This document shows, piece by piece, positions 1-7,811 of a stretch of DNA of 45,658 nt. Below the pieces are notes generated by a model that saw only the letters and a list, made by a program, of their open reading frames with translations, did no database searches and had not been told where the DNA came from. A program made the position numbers and the translations under genes. Every line of letters begins with the position of its first letter. Position 1 is the first letter of the stretch. The stretch lies in the sequence record PQ423993.1. One strand, given 5' to 3'. Origin of the DNA: Escherichia phage vB_VIPECOMC04.

Positions 1-546
1 TCATTCCTCTACCTCACCCATATTCGTTGTTACAATTTTACCTACAGGCTCTGCAACACTGAAAACAATCTCGGTAGGCGCTGTTTCTTCGGTGGATTCA
101 ACCGGTTTCTCTTTGCCGAGGCCCAGTTTCGCGGCAGCAAACGTAGCGGAGATACCGGCAGCGCCTGTCTCAGTGAAATACGCCTCTTCCAGCGCCTGTG
201 CTGTTTCATAAGCTTCTGCAAATGCAGGAATCTCGCGCAGCCACAGCTTAATAATCGGGATAGTGACGCCGATATGTAATGCGAAGCGGGCCAGTGACGG
301 GGGTTTATCCTGAATCAGCGGGCGTTCGTCACCCTTGGACGTGGGCACAAGTTCCCATGACGTGCGGTCGAAGAACTCGATTAACGCGTCGCAATAGTCC
401 GGGTCCCACAACGCGGCGGAATTACGGGACGATTGATAAAGGCTCTGTTTACCGCGCGGTCGTTTACGGCGACGGTTTGCGCTAACAGCTTCTTCATGTG
501 CAGCTTGCACCACCTCTGGCGATGGCTGCTTGAGTTTCAGCTTCAT
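1..546 (-). CDS. terS: terminase small subunit (C-terminal end runs off the window start)
   Basis: Minus-strand frame open from ATG at 544-546 (RBS-like AAGGGG upstream) to position 1 with no stop; basic N-terminus (RRRKRPRGK) and helical core typical of small terminases; in circular order it sits directly upstream of the terL fragment at the other edge. Confidence 0.55.
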   Translation of the reverse strand: MKLKLKQPSPEVVQAAHEEAVSANRRRKRPRGKQSLYQSSRNSAALWDPDYCDALIEFFDRTSWELVPTSKGDERPLIQDKPPSLARFALHIGVTIPIIKLWLREIPAFAEAYETAQALEEAYFTETGAAGISATFAAAKLGLGKEKPVESTEETAPTEIVFSVAEPVGKIVTTNMGEVEE

Positions 547-640
547 AGAATCCCCTTGCGTATGCGTCTGACCATCAGAGCGCATCAGACGCGCCCTACG
601 CGTCTAAAGGGATTATATAAGGGGAATGGGTGGGATGTAC

Positions 641-662
641 AGAAAAGCCCTCCGTAGAGGGC
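641..662 (-). terminator. putative intrinsic terminator
   Basis: GCCCTC-cgta-GAGGGC hairpin; the A-run at 641-646 gives a U-tract after the hairpin on the minus strand; lies downstream of the 670..810 ORF. Confidence 0.4.
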
Positions 663-669
663 TTGTTGG

Positions 670-810
670 TCAGGAGATAGCCTTAAATACGAAGGCTACT
701 GTAACACACGCGGCAAAGAACGTAACGCAGTTCAGCAACCATTGAATGACCCAATATCGATATGGTTTAGCCGTAATCCAGTCGCCTAGTTTATCCAGAA
801 TATTTTTCAT
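670..810 (-). CDS. small hydrophobic protein (46 aa)
   Basis: ATG at 808-810 preceded by GGAGAG; translation MKNILDKLGDWITAKPYRYWVIQWLLNCVTFFAACVTVAFVFKAIS; below the ORF-track size cut-off. Confidence 0.35.
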   Translation of the reverse strand: MKNILDKLGDWITAKPYRYWVIQWLLNCVTFFAACVTVAFVFKAIS

Positions 811-925
811 CTCTCGCTCTCCAATCAGTTATACGGGCCGTGTCGTGGCGCTCTTTTACCATCGCCGCCGTAATGGTCGTTAGCTACGGCGATAGCCCAG
901 GCGTTTTGCAGGATTAGTAGTCTCA

Positions 926-1126
926 TCAGCAAATATCTTCCAGTACGTCGTAATTATCACTTAGATACTGGAATGCAGCCCCTCTTTCTACAAACTCGTC
1001 GCCAATAGCAAATGTCCCACCATAGACGTCGATTAGGAGGTCATCGCGCCCGGTAAACTGGAATACCACCTGCCCGTTGTCATCAAGAAGCGTATGCAGC
1101 ATAAGTAACAATAGTTTTTCGCTCAT
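926..1126 (-). CDS. hypothetical protein
   Basis: ORF track; start overlaps the stop of the upstream gene (translational coupling). Confidence 0.4.
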   Translation of the reverse strand: MSEKLLLLMLHTLLDDNGQVVFQFTGRDDLLIDVYGGTFAIGDEFVERGAAFQYLSDNYDVLEDIC

Positions 1127-1383
1127 TCCCCACTCTCCTCTTTAGCAATGCGTTGCTCAGTTTTAGTGATACCACGGCGCGTGAATAGCACCGGGCTTGT
1201 CTTAACGTGCGTCATAAGACGGTTGTTATAAATTACATGGCGCTCGCAATCAACATCTTTGCTGTACTTCGCAATAGTCATTTCGTTGATGCCGGTTTGT
1301 CGGCATGTCTCCGCCATCGTACCAAATTCTTTAATCAGGTTCGGAATGCTGGTAATCATCCTAAGAAATTCCTCGTTGTCCAC
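1123..1383 (-). CDS. hypothetical protein, possible HTH
   Basis: ORF track; segment GTMAETCRQTGINEMTIAKYS is HTH-like. Confidence 0.4.
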   Translation of the reverse strand: MDNEEFLRMITSIPNLIKEFGTMAETCRQTGINEMTIAKYSKDVDCERHVIYNNRLMTHVKTSPVLFTRRGITKTEQRIAKEESGE

Positions 1384-1528
1384 ATCGCATTCGGATATTT
1401 GTTATCACGGTCCTGCACTACGGCGACCATATTACCGCGTTGCACCAGGCAGAAGTGCCGCTGTTGCTCGCCGTTGTAGCGACGCCAGATTGCTTCTTCG
1501 ATTGCTGCGTTGATGTCACTGAACATAA

Positions 1529-1711
1529 CTACCCCACTATCTCATCACCCAGCCACGCCGTTTCTCGTATATCATCGACCACACAAGCGGCGTGCTCACG
1601 GCTAATTGCAAAAATGTAGAAGCTGAACTTCTTCCCGTCGGCGTCGATGTGGTTAACCGAGTAGGGTTTCCACAGGACGCCATCAATAACTACCGGTTCA
1701 GGCTCTTTCAC
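1529..1711 (-). CDS. hypothetical protein
   Basis: ORF track; one of a tightly packed minus-strand small-gene array. Confidence 0.35.
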   Translation of the reverse strand: MKEPEPVVIDGVLWKPYSVNHIDADGKKFSFYIFAISREHAACVVDDIRETAWLGDEIVG

Positions 1712-1908
1712 AACCTTGACCCTTCATACTGTTCGCGCAGTTCTTCCTCGTAAGCCTTATTACGCAGTTCTTCCAAAAACAACTTAAACGCCGCCAGTTG
1801 AAATTCACCGTTAATTGACAGTTGCCCGCCTAACGTCTGTTTCTCTGACTCAAGCACCAGAATACGGCGCTCGAGTGATGCGATTGTGATTTTAGGCATT
1901 GGTATCAC
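1708..1908 (-). CDS. hypothetical protein
   Basis: ORF track; overlaps its neighbours by 4 nt. Confidence 0.35.
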   Translation of the reverse strand: MIPMPKITIASLERRILVLESEKQTLGGQLSINGEFQLAAFKLFLEELRNKAYEEELREQYEGSRL

Positions 1909-2077
1909 CTTTGTTCAGGTTGAAGCGGTTAATCAGTTCACGGCGAGTCTCGTAAAGCGACTCTACCATTTGCTCCGCTACTGCGATTTTAGTATTCAGG
2001 ACGTGCATCACGTGGCTGATGTCTACGCCGCTGTTAACGGCCTCTACCATCATCTTTTCGTATTCACGGTCAGTCAT
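1892..2077 (-). CDS. hypothetical protein
   Basis: ORF track; ATG at 2075-2077 overlaps the stop of the 2074..2232 ORF. Confidence 0.4.
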   Translation of the reverse strand: MTDREYEKMMVEAVNSGVDISHVMHVLNTKIAVAEQMVESLYETRRELINRFNLNKGDTNA

Positions 2078-2232
2078 TCTTTACGCTCTCCCCACATGCG
2101 ATTGAGATACTTGTTCTTGTCCGGGCCAGGGAAACTATTACGTTTCATCAGTTCCTCGCGTGTCGGGAACGGGGTGTGATTGACCTTACGGCCTACTCGT
2201 AATGGTTGGCTTACTTCACCTTGTTCGCTCAT
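2074..2232 (-). CDS. small hypothetical protein (52 aa)
   Basis: ATG at 2230-2232 with AGGAGA upstream; ATGA overlap with both neighbours; below track cut-off. Confidence 0.3.
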   Translation of the reverse strand: MSEQGEVSQPLRVGRKVNHTPFPTREELMKRNSFPGPDKNKYLNRMWGERKE

Positions 2233-2378
2233 TTCTTCTCTCCTGCATAAGCTGCTTTAAGTGTCTGCATCGCGGCGAACCAGAACGCGTCCGCCGGGAT
2301 GCTGTTGCTCAGGTTACTAACGGCGATACGCGCCATCAGTTGTGCGTCTTTGAATGCTTCGGTATCTGTGATTTTCAT
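2229..2378 (-). CDS. small hypothetical protein (49 aa)
   Basis: ATG at 2376-2378 with GGAGTAGAG upstream; translation MKITDTEAFKDAQLMARIAVSNLSNSIPADAFWFAAMQTLKAAYAGEKK. Confidence 0.3.
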   Translation of the reverse strand: MKITDTEAFKDAQLMARIAVSNLSNSIPADAFWFAAMQTLKAAYAGEKK

Positions 2379-2461
2379 CTTCTCTACTCCGTTCTCGTTG
2401 TCGATGAAGTAAATATAATAAGGTCGTAGTTAATAGTCAACTAGTCATTACAGAAAATAGA

Positions 2462-2493
2462 TAAAAAAAATCCCGGCTGGGTCAGGGCCGGGA
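2462..2493 (-). terminator. intrinsic terminator
   Basis: CCCGGC-N9-GCCGGG hairpin; the A8 run at 2462-2470 gives a U8 tract on the minus strand. Confidence 0.6.
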
Positions 2494-2566
2494 TAAAACT
2501 GGAGAGCTGAGGTATGGAGCAGAAGGTGATTTAAGTATCGTCGAATTAGTCTCAGGTGTCAATTGG

Positions 2567-2597
2567 TAAAATAAAACCCGGATTCGCGGTCCGGGTT
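2567..2597 (-). terminator. intrinsic terminator (second of a tandem pair)
   Basis: AACCCGGA-ttcgcgg-TCCGGGTT hairpin with an A-rich run upstream on plus, giving a U-tract on minus. Confidence 0.55.
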
Positions 2598-2725
2598 TCG
2601 GCCATAAGCCCCTGAACCCTACGCAGTCTCCACCGCTTGGGCTGCTGCTTCAGGTTTACCGGGGCTTAGTATGCAGGCACAAGCAGCGTAGGGATAAGTT
2701 TACTAAACGCCTTCATATTCGTCCA

Positions 2726-3211
2726 TCATTTAACAGCCCTCCCAATAGCCTCAGCCTCTTGCCACGGTTTACCGTCGAACAGCGCCAGACGACCCGCAGT
2801 ACGGCGACGCAGACCAAGTAACGGTTTGCCGTTCTGGTTGATGAACAGCGCCAGCTTAGCCCGCAGCGTCGCGATATTACCAGAACGCAGCGCCTTACCC
2901 GTGCCGGTAGTAGCTGCAATCACGCCAGCACCTGCGTTATACACCAGGTCACACACGGCATCGAACTGTGCCTGTGTCAGTGAATGGTGTGCTGCGGCAT
3001 CAACTGCGGCTACGGCTTTAGCCATATCGCGATTCAGTAACAGGAGGCCTTGTCCTGGAGTGATAGTCTTACCTGGGGTTACGTCAGGCCCATAGTGCCC
3101 GTAGCCTATAGTCAGGTACTTCTCGTTCGGTGTCGCGCGGTAGGCGGTCCCGCGGAAATCCTCCCACGCGGCGGTGAAATGCAGTCCATTATCTGAAATA
3201 TTTCGAGACAC
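2726..3211 (-). CDS. endolysin, GH24 (T4/P22-type) lysozyme
   Basis: Motifs AAWEDFRGTAY and TIGYGHYG match the lysozyme family; start placed at GTG 3209-3211, which has GGAGGG 7 nt upstream (the track start at 3262 is TTG). Confidence 0.75.
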   Translation of the reverse strand: MSRNISDNGLHFTAAWEDFRGTAYRATPNEKYLTIGYGHYGPDVTPGKTITPGQGLLLLNRDMAKAVAAVDAAAHHSLTQAQFDAVCDLVYNAGAGVIAATTGTGKALRSGNIATLRAKLALFINQNGKPLLGLRRRTAGRLALFDGKPWQEAEAIGRAVK

Positions 3212-3461
3212 GCTTATGCCCTCCGTATGACAGCCACGCCTGGCGAATCTGGCGCAGCGCAACTAATGTGATTAATGCCTCAGGCAACGTCGGTGACATG
3301 CTGCCCTGTAACAGGTGGATACATCCGGCGGCGCAGACAATAGCAGTCAGGATATATAGCACCCTGCCAAATAACCCGTCGTCAACGCTGGGGTGATACA
3401 CATTAAACAGCGATGTGCCTCCGATTGCCAGCATACCGCCGAACCAGAATAACTCATTCAT
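3189..3461 (-). CDS. putative holin or antiholin (90 aa, two predicted TM segments)
   Basis: ATG at 3459-3461 with GAGGAGG upstream; two hydrophobic helices and a charged C-terminus; directly upstream of the endolysin. Confidence 0.5.
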   Translation of the reverse strand: MNELFWFGGMLAIGGTSLFNVYHPSVDDGLFGRVLYILTAIVCAAGCIHLLQGSMSPTLPEALITLVALRQIRQAWLSYGGHKRVSKYFR

Positions 3462-3762
3462 CTGTGCCTCCTCGACGCGCGATGTATTCTCCGGCGACGA
3501 TACCGGAGAGGCGGGAATAGATAGGCATCCAGAGAATTGCGATGATGAATCCCAGGCCAGCGATTTCACGCTCGCCGGTAATACCGAACCATTGAGCGGC
3601 AAGAGGTGCACCAAATACGGCGCAGGTGAAGCCAGTTGCGATAAAGCAGAAGCCGTCGATATGGCCGGAAATAGCGGACTTATGCTGTCGTAGTCCGATT
3701 ACCCCACCGGCTAGTGCGGCAGCCAGAAGCCAGCCTGTCACTGTTTCAGTAAATTTATCCAA
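3454..3762 (-). CDS. putative holin (membrane protein)
   Basis: ORF track; several hydrophobic segments; first gene of the lysis cassette. Confidence 0.45.
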   Translation of the reverse strand: MDKFTETVTGWLLAAALAGGVIGLRQHKSAISGHIDGFCFIATGFTCAVFGAPLAAQWFGITGEREIAGLGFIIAILWMPIYSRLSGIVAGEYIARRGGTDE

Positions 3763-3821
3763 GATGAATCCTCCAGGTGCGTATTAAGTATGCAGTAACT
3801 GGAGGATAGCACGGTTAGGAA

Positions 3822-4262
3822 TTATCCTAATAGTTGTTTGGTAATAATCTTGCCGCCGGTGTTGGTGTCGAACTTCGATGCAACGGCTACGCCACCATGC
3901 GCCGAATACCCACATTCCATAGCCGCCAGTGCATAAGGAGAGCCGGACCCAACGGCGGCAAAGCCGTCTGCAATTGGAATAACCGAACTAAGGGCACAAT
4001 CCCATGATTTGTAGAACTCCACCTTACACAACGTTTCTATGTCTTTAACCCACACCAGGGCAGAGAAATCAAAATCATAATGCTTAGGCACTAAAATACC
4101 GTCGTCCTTCACTAAAAGGATTCCAACCCCGGCATCACCAACCACCCCGATAACAACAAATTCGTTCTCATATATCTTTGTGTCTGTGTTGTAATAGTTA
4201 CTTCCACTCACAACACGCGTGTCACAAGCCATTGTCTTTCCGTCGAATGCGATAGTAGTCAT
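3822..4262 (-). CDS. HslV-like / proteasome-beta-like Ntn-hydrolase peptidase
   Basis: N-terminal MTTIA (Thr directly after Met) and GSGSPYALAA match the E. coli HslV MTTIV and GSGGPYAQAA signatures as recalled; about 30 aa shorter than HslV. Confidence 0.6.
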   Translation of the reverse strand: MTTIAFDGKTMACDTRVVSGSNYYNTDTKIYENEFVVIGVVGDAGVGILLVKDDGILVPKHYDFDFSALVWVKDIETLCKVEFYKSWDCALSSVIPIADGFAAVGSGSPYALAAMECGYSAHGGVAVASKFDTNTGGKIITKQLLG

Positions 4263-4597
4263 TTATGTCTCCAGATGTATTGTCGTCTCTGCGGTTTCGT
4301 CGGAATATCATCGTATCCCAGCGATTTCCAGTAATTAAATAACCGATTAGCGATTGCTGCGCGTTCCGGTGTTTTGAACTCACCAAGATTCACGGCCTTC
4401 CCGTTCTGGAATCCGCAGGCGCGGACTGCTTTGCGTCTGGCTTGAATCTCAGGGTACAGCGCGTTACGGCGGCGCTTGTATATTCGGGTGTTCGTTCTCG
4501 GTGACAGCGGCGCAAGGCCGCTTCGTTTCAGGATGTCAGTTGCAAGGCTCATATTCCGAGAATCTCGCGGGCCATTTCTTCTGTAACTTTCGAACAA
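4259..4597 (-). CDS. AP2-like DNA-binding domain protein
   Basis: Segment RRKAVRACGFQNGKAVNLGEFKTPERAAIANRLFNYW resembles the AP2 domain found at the C-terminus of the HNH endonucleases in this genome; no HNH motif present. Confidence 0.4.
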   Translation of the reverse strand: MFESYRRNGPRDSRNMSLATDILKRSGLAPLSPRTNTRIYKRRRNALYPEIQARRKAVRACGFQNGKAVNLGEFKTPERAAIANRLFNYWKSLGYDDIPTKPQRRQYIWRHK

Positions 4598-4743
4598 GGT
4601 TCGTATATTACCTGTTCAGCGAATTCACGTAACTTTGCTTCCAGTTTAAGATAAGCGTCGTATTCTACATAATCGCCGTATGCGTACTCAGCCATCTCAG
4701 GCTCTGGCAGGCCCCATTTTTCCACCTCATACCTCTGTACCAT
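4549..4743 (-). CDS. hypothetical protein (tandem paralog A)
   Basis: Likely ATG at 4741-4743, giving N-terminus MVQRY; paralogous to the adjacent gene. Confidence 0.4.
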   Translation of the reverse strand: MVQRYEVEKWGLPEPEMAEYAYGDYVEYDAYLKLEAKLREFAEQVIYEPCSKVTEEMAREILGI

Positions 4744-4946
4744 CACTCCACCCCTTCCAAATGTGTAACTGACCCACAGTTCGCGCACTCTACGTAATCA
4801 GGGAACTGGTCTTTGTATTTCTGTAACTCGGCTTCAACTTCCAACAGCTTGTGGTCAAGATTCTGGTAGTCCTCAAACTTAACCCACGCCCCGTGACGGT
4901 CCCCGAAATGGTTGTCAGACCCATACTTAGAGTATCTCTGTACCAT
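4743..4946 (-). CDS. hypothetical protein (tandem paralog B)
   Basis: Likely ATG at 4944-4946, also giving MVQRY; shares an acidic helical segment with paralog A. Confidence 0.4.
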   Translation of the reverse strand: MVQRYSKYGSDNHFGDRHGAWVKFEDYQNLDHKLLEVEAELQKYKDQFPDYVECANCGSVTHLEGVE

Positions 4947-4948
4947 AA

Positions 4949-5206
4949 TCACTTCTCCTGTTTACCAAGTCGCTTAGGTGAGCAGATAGCGCGTACCTCT
5001 GAATCGTTGGGCTTGTCGCCCTGGAACAGGAAGTGCGCGTTCTCTGCGGCGCGTGCCGCTGACTGGCACGCCTCCATCGAGTAAAACGTTTCTGATGCCG
5101 CCAGTTGCATCTGGCCTGCGGACAATACCCAGATAAACAAGATGCTGGTCATTTGATTGCCCCGCATTTTAGAGCACTGCTGTAAGTCGCTACACCACGG
5201 AACCAA
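4949..5206 (-). CDS. hypothetical protein with possible signal peptide
   Basis: ORF track; internal MTSILFIWVLSAGQMQLAAS looks like a secretion signal; start codon uncertain. Confidence 0.3.
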   Translation of the reverse strand: MVPWCSDLQQCSKMRGNQMTSILFIWVLSAGQMQLAASETFYSMEACQSAARAAENAHFLFQGDKPNDSEVRAICSPKRLGKQEK

Positions 5207-5221
5207 ACGATAGTCATGTTC

Positions 5222-5629
5222 TCACTCCTGTGTGTCAATCTTGTATTCCACTATGTCTGCGTATGTTCTATCCCAAATCCATGACCGCTTTTCTGCTGCT
5301 ACACTGTGTTTCGGCTCCTCCCCGTTGCGATACCGGATAAATACCATAGTCCCATCCGGCACAGGTTGTCGTGCACCATAATGCGGCCTCCAGGCGTTGT
5401 ACTGAGTATCTTCCTTACGGCAACCAGATTGCTCTGCTGCTATATAAGCGCCTACGTCACCTGTAGCTGTAGCCAACGCCTTACGCAACTCCTTAATATG
5501 TTCTGACGCATCACGTAACTGATTCTTGAGTGACAACACCTCGTGCGCCAGGTCTTCGCACTGGTTGCCATTTACCTGCTGCCGTAACTGGCCAATCAGG
5601 TACTCGAATACCTCGTTTTTGTTACTCAT
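5222..5629 (-). CDS. hypothetical protein
   Basis: ORF track, start moved to ATG 5627-5629 (MSNKNEVFEY); coiled-coil-like N-terminus. Confidence 0.4.
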   Translation of the reverse strand: MSNKNEVFEYLIGQLRQQVNGNQCEDLAHEVLSLKNQLRDASEHIKELRKALATATGDVGAYIAAEQSGCRKEDTQYNAWRPHYGARQPVPDGTMVFIRYRNGEEPKHSVAAEKRSWIWDRTYADIVEYKIDTQE

Positions 5630-5754
5630 CCTCAACCCCCATTTTTATCGCTTTAGTGTCACCGTCGCGCACCGAAGTGCTACCCATTATTTCGTAAGCA
5701 TCTACCAGTTCGCCTAAAGTAAATTCACTGTACATCTTCTGTCTCTCCTCTCGT

Positions 5755-6027
5755 TTACTCAACAGCGCCGGTTATCGCTATAAGCCCGGTATTACCACGG
5801 CGGCGATACTTACGAATCACAGTTTTAAGTTCGTCGTTACTACTCTGATGCCCGAAAGTGATCGGCAACTCGTCTCCGCCTGACATCCCGAACTCAGTGT
5901 CTGTCGGTTTGTTCCGCCACCCCTGAATAAATCCGTTGCGGTCGCGTGTAACATATCGGTAGTTATTCGGGAGGGGTAACTCAAGCCCCTCAAAATCAAC
6001 GGTCACGGTGTAACTGTTAAAATTCAT
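5755..6027 (-). CDS. hypothetical protein
   Basis: ORF track, start moved to ATG 6025-6027 (MNFNSY). Confidence 0.4.
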   Translation of the reverse strand: MNFNSYTVTVDFEGLELPLPNNYRYVTRDRNGFIQGWRNKPTDTEFGMSGGDELPITFGHQSSNDELKTVIRKYRRRGNTGLIAITGAVE

Positions 6028-6197
6028 AGTCAATTACCCCGAACTCATTTATGATTTGGGCCTTGTAGAAGTTGCCGTTTGATGCCAGGTGATACGCCTG
6101 CGCCATAGTCATCTCGCGATAAGTTGCTGCGCTGTTTTCGAATTCCATAACCATCAAAGTAACCATCTTCCGTCTCTCCTCTCGTTTGCGTAAATGA

Positions 6198-6226
6198 ATA
6201 GTAGCCTATTCTATCTTACTATGCAA
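6198..6226 (-). promoter_or_regulatory. sigma70-like promoter (class B) with operator palindrome
   Basis: Minus-strand reading TTGCAT-17-TACTAT; the palindrome GAATAGT-ag-CCTATTC (6196-6211) overlaps the -10; lies upstream of the gene starting at 6166. Confidence 0.45.
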
Positions 6227-6300
6227 GTAAATTTTATTGGTGCTTGTATTGTTGCATCTCCTGCAATAGTCGCTTCTATTGTTGCGTTTGGTGAAATAGA

Positions 6301-6340
6301 ACAAAAATGAGAAAAATGATACGCTGCTGTGTAGCAGCGT
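6301..6340 (-). terminator. intrinsic terminator
   Basis: ACGCTGCT-gtgt-AGCAGCGT hairpin; A-rich 6301-6320 gives a U-rich tract on minus. Confidence 0.5.
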
Positions 6341-6676
6341 AAGTCACTAAGCCAAATAGTAACCTATTGACCTGTTACACCACCTGTTACACCAGCACGA
6401 GCCAGCACACCAGCTTTCCACGCCCGCCACGCGAGACGCGTCTTAACGTTCAGGTACTCTTTCTTCGAACCCTTGTTAACCGGCAGACCCTCTACGACAG
6501 CCCACCGTTCGAATGCCTGTCTCATACCAGAACCTCGCATTCATCCCGATACACGAACAATAACGACCCTTTGTACTCAATCATAAAACCATAATGGTTG
6601 CTGCTGAACGCCAGGAAAACATCACCTACCGAGATACCGAAATCTATAAGCCTGCGGTCAGTTATTCGTATTCTCA

Positions 6677-6970
6677 TTAACGGCAACCTCCCTCAGAGTC
6701 GTCAGCACGAGCATCATGATTCGATGCCGTTCTCATAAACAATTTGCCCTTGCGCTGTAATAAGTCCATCGTTACCGCACCTGCGCCTGACTTATTAGGG
6801 CGACGCAGTATGCTAAAGTTCCATACCCTGGCCTTTGTTACGTCTCTGGCGTTACACACCCACAGAGCACCATTTTCTCTTAGTTCCAGTAAATCAGAAA
6901 TGCTGAAATTATTTACCGGGATAAACCCGCTAATGAACTGGAGTTCGCATTGATGTAATTCTTCCATCAC
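6677..6970 (-). CDS. hypothetical protein
   Basis: ORF track. Confidence 0.35.
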   Translation of the reverse strand: MMEELHQCELQFISGFIPVNNFSISDLLELRENGALWVCNARDVTKARVWNFSILRRPNKSGAGAVTMDLLQRKGKLFMRTASNHDARADDSEGGCR

Positions 6971-7158
6971 TTCGCCCCTTTGAATTTAAAATTGTTGCCG
7001 ATGAGTTTTATTTCGTACTCTCGGTAATACGCCGCGTAATCTAACCCGTGCCCCCTGAGTAAGCTAACGACATAAGAACTTCGGTACACTGTCGATTTCT
7101 TTTCAATAATACCTAAGCTACCGTACATCGTTTTCACCAACTGACCCTTCTTAAACAT
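6967..7158 (-). CDS. hypothetical protein (first gene of the leftward transcription unit)
   Basis: ATG at 7156-7158 with GGAGTGAAGG upstream; product MFKKGQLVKT... Confidence 0.45.
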   Translation of the reverse strand: MFKKGQLVKTMYGSLGIIEKKSTVYRSSYVVSLLRGHGLDYAAYYREYEIKLIGNNFKFKGAK

Positions 7159-7192
7159 AACCTTCACTCCTCAGTCTCGTTTCGATAAGTGA

Positions 7193-7221
7193 ATAGTATC
7201 CTATTATGTTGGGGTGTGCAA
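7193..7221 (-). promoter_or_regulatory. sigma70-like promoter (class B) with operator palindrome
   Basis: Minus-strand reading TTGCAC-17-TACTAT; spacer accccaacataatagga is identical to the plus-strand copy at 29936-29952; palindrome GAATAGT-at-CCTATTA at 7191-7206. Confidence 0.55.
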
Positions 7222-7276
7222 GAGAATAGTTACGTTGCCGTTGTTGTGCCTTTATTCTTATTACTTGGTAACTAAA

Positions 7277-7315
7277 GGGCAGGCTTAAGGCCTGCCCGGT
7301 AAGGGTTACATTTTT
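7277..7315. terminator. strong hairpin with T-run, candidate insulating terminator
   Basis: GGGCAGGC-ttaag-GCCTGCCC stem at 7277-7297 flanked by GTAAC/GTTAC, then TTTTT at 7311-7315; lies in the ORF-free divergent control region. Confidence 0.4.
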
Positions 7316-7579
7316 ACGGTTGCGAATCATTCGGCACTTTAAGAAAATCAGATACTTAAGAGATATGCTGTCGATGTGAATAGAGCTTGCCCAGGGCAAC
7401 CGGAGATACTAAGGAAAGTAAAGTTACGATAATTCTTGTGTTCAGTAAACTGCCGCCTAACACTTCGCGTTGGGCGCTCGTTTTCGGCGGGTTTTACAAG
7501 GTGAACAGGAATCAAAGTAACTAAGATATAGAAGCACCTTAAACGAAGATTTTCATAATGTCAATAGGTGTGATTATGT

Positions 7580-7608
7580 TTGATTTCCCATTATTCGCAA
7601 TGTATACT
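7580..7608 (+). promoter_or_regulatory. candidate early promoter
   Basis: TTGATT-17-TATACT about 30 nt upstream of the first plus-strand gene (ATG 7641). Confidence 0.35.
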
Positions 7609-7640
7609 TGATTTCGTTAACTGATAATGAGGGTTTGAGA

Positions 7641-7811
7641 ATGACACAGAATGAGGTAGCTGAGCGTATCGGGGTTACTCGTCGCACACTGAATAACTGG
7701 TTAAAGAGCGGGAAGTTCCCGGATTGTTGTATTCGCATTATGGGTCGCCGTCAGCCTGGTACGTTTGACCCGGAGAAAGTGGAAGCGTGGATTAAGGAGA
7801 ACGTGAAATGA
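7641..7811 (+). CDS. small HTH DNA-binding protein (AlpA/Xis-like)
   Basis: ATG 7641 with GAGGG upstream; VAERIGVTRRTLNNWLKSGKFP is an HTH signature. Confidence 0.5.
   Translation: MTQNEVAERIGVTRRTLNNWLKSGKFPDCCIRIMGRRQPGTFDPEKVEAWIKENVK

Noticed and set aside
6367-6594. Plus-strand ORF 6367..6594
   Set aside because: Translation is Thr/Ser/Cys-rich junk and it overlaps two RBS-preceded minus-strand small ORFs (about 6364..6525 and 6526..6676).
7151-7399. Minus-strand ORF 7151..7399 in the control region
   Set aside because: It spans the promoter, operator and hairpin elements with an implausible translation; more likely non-coding.
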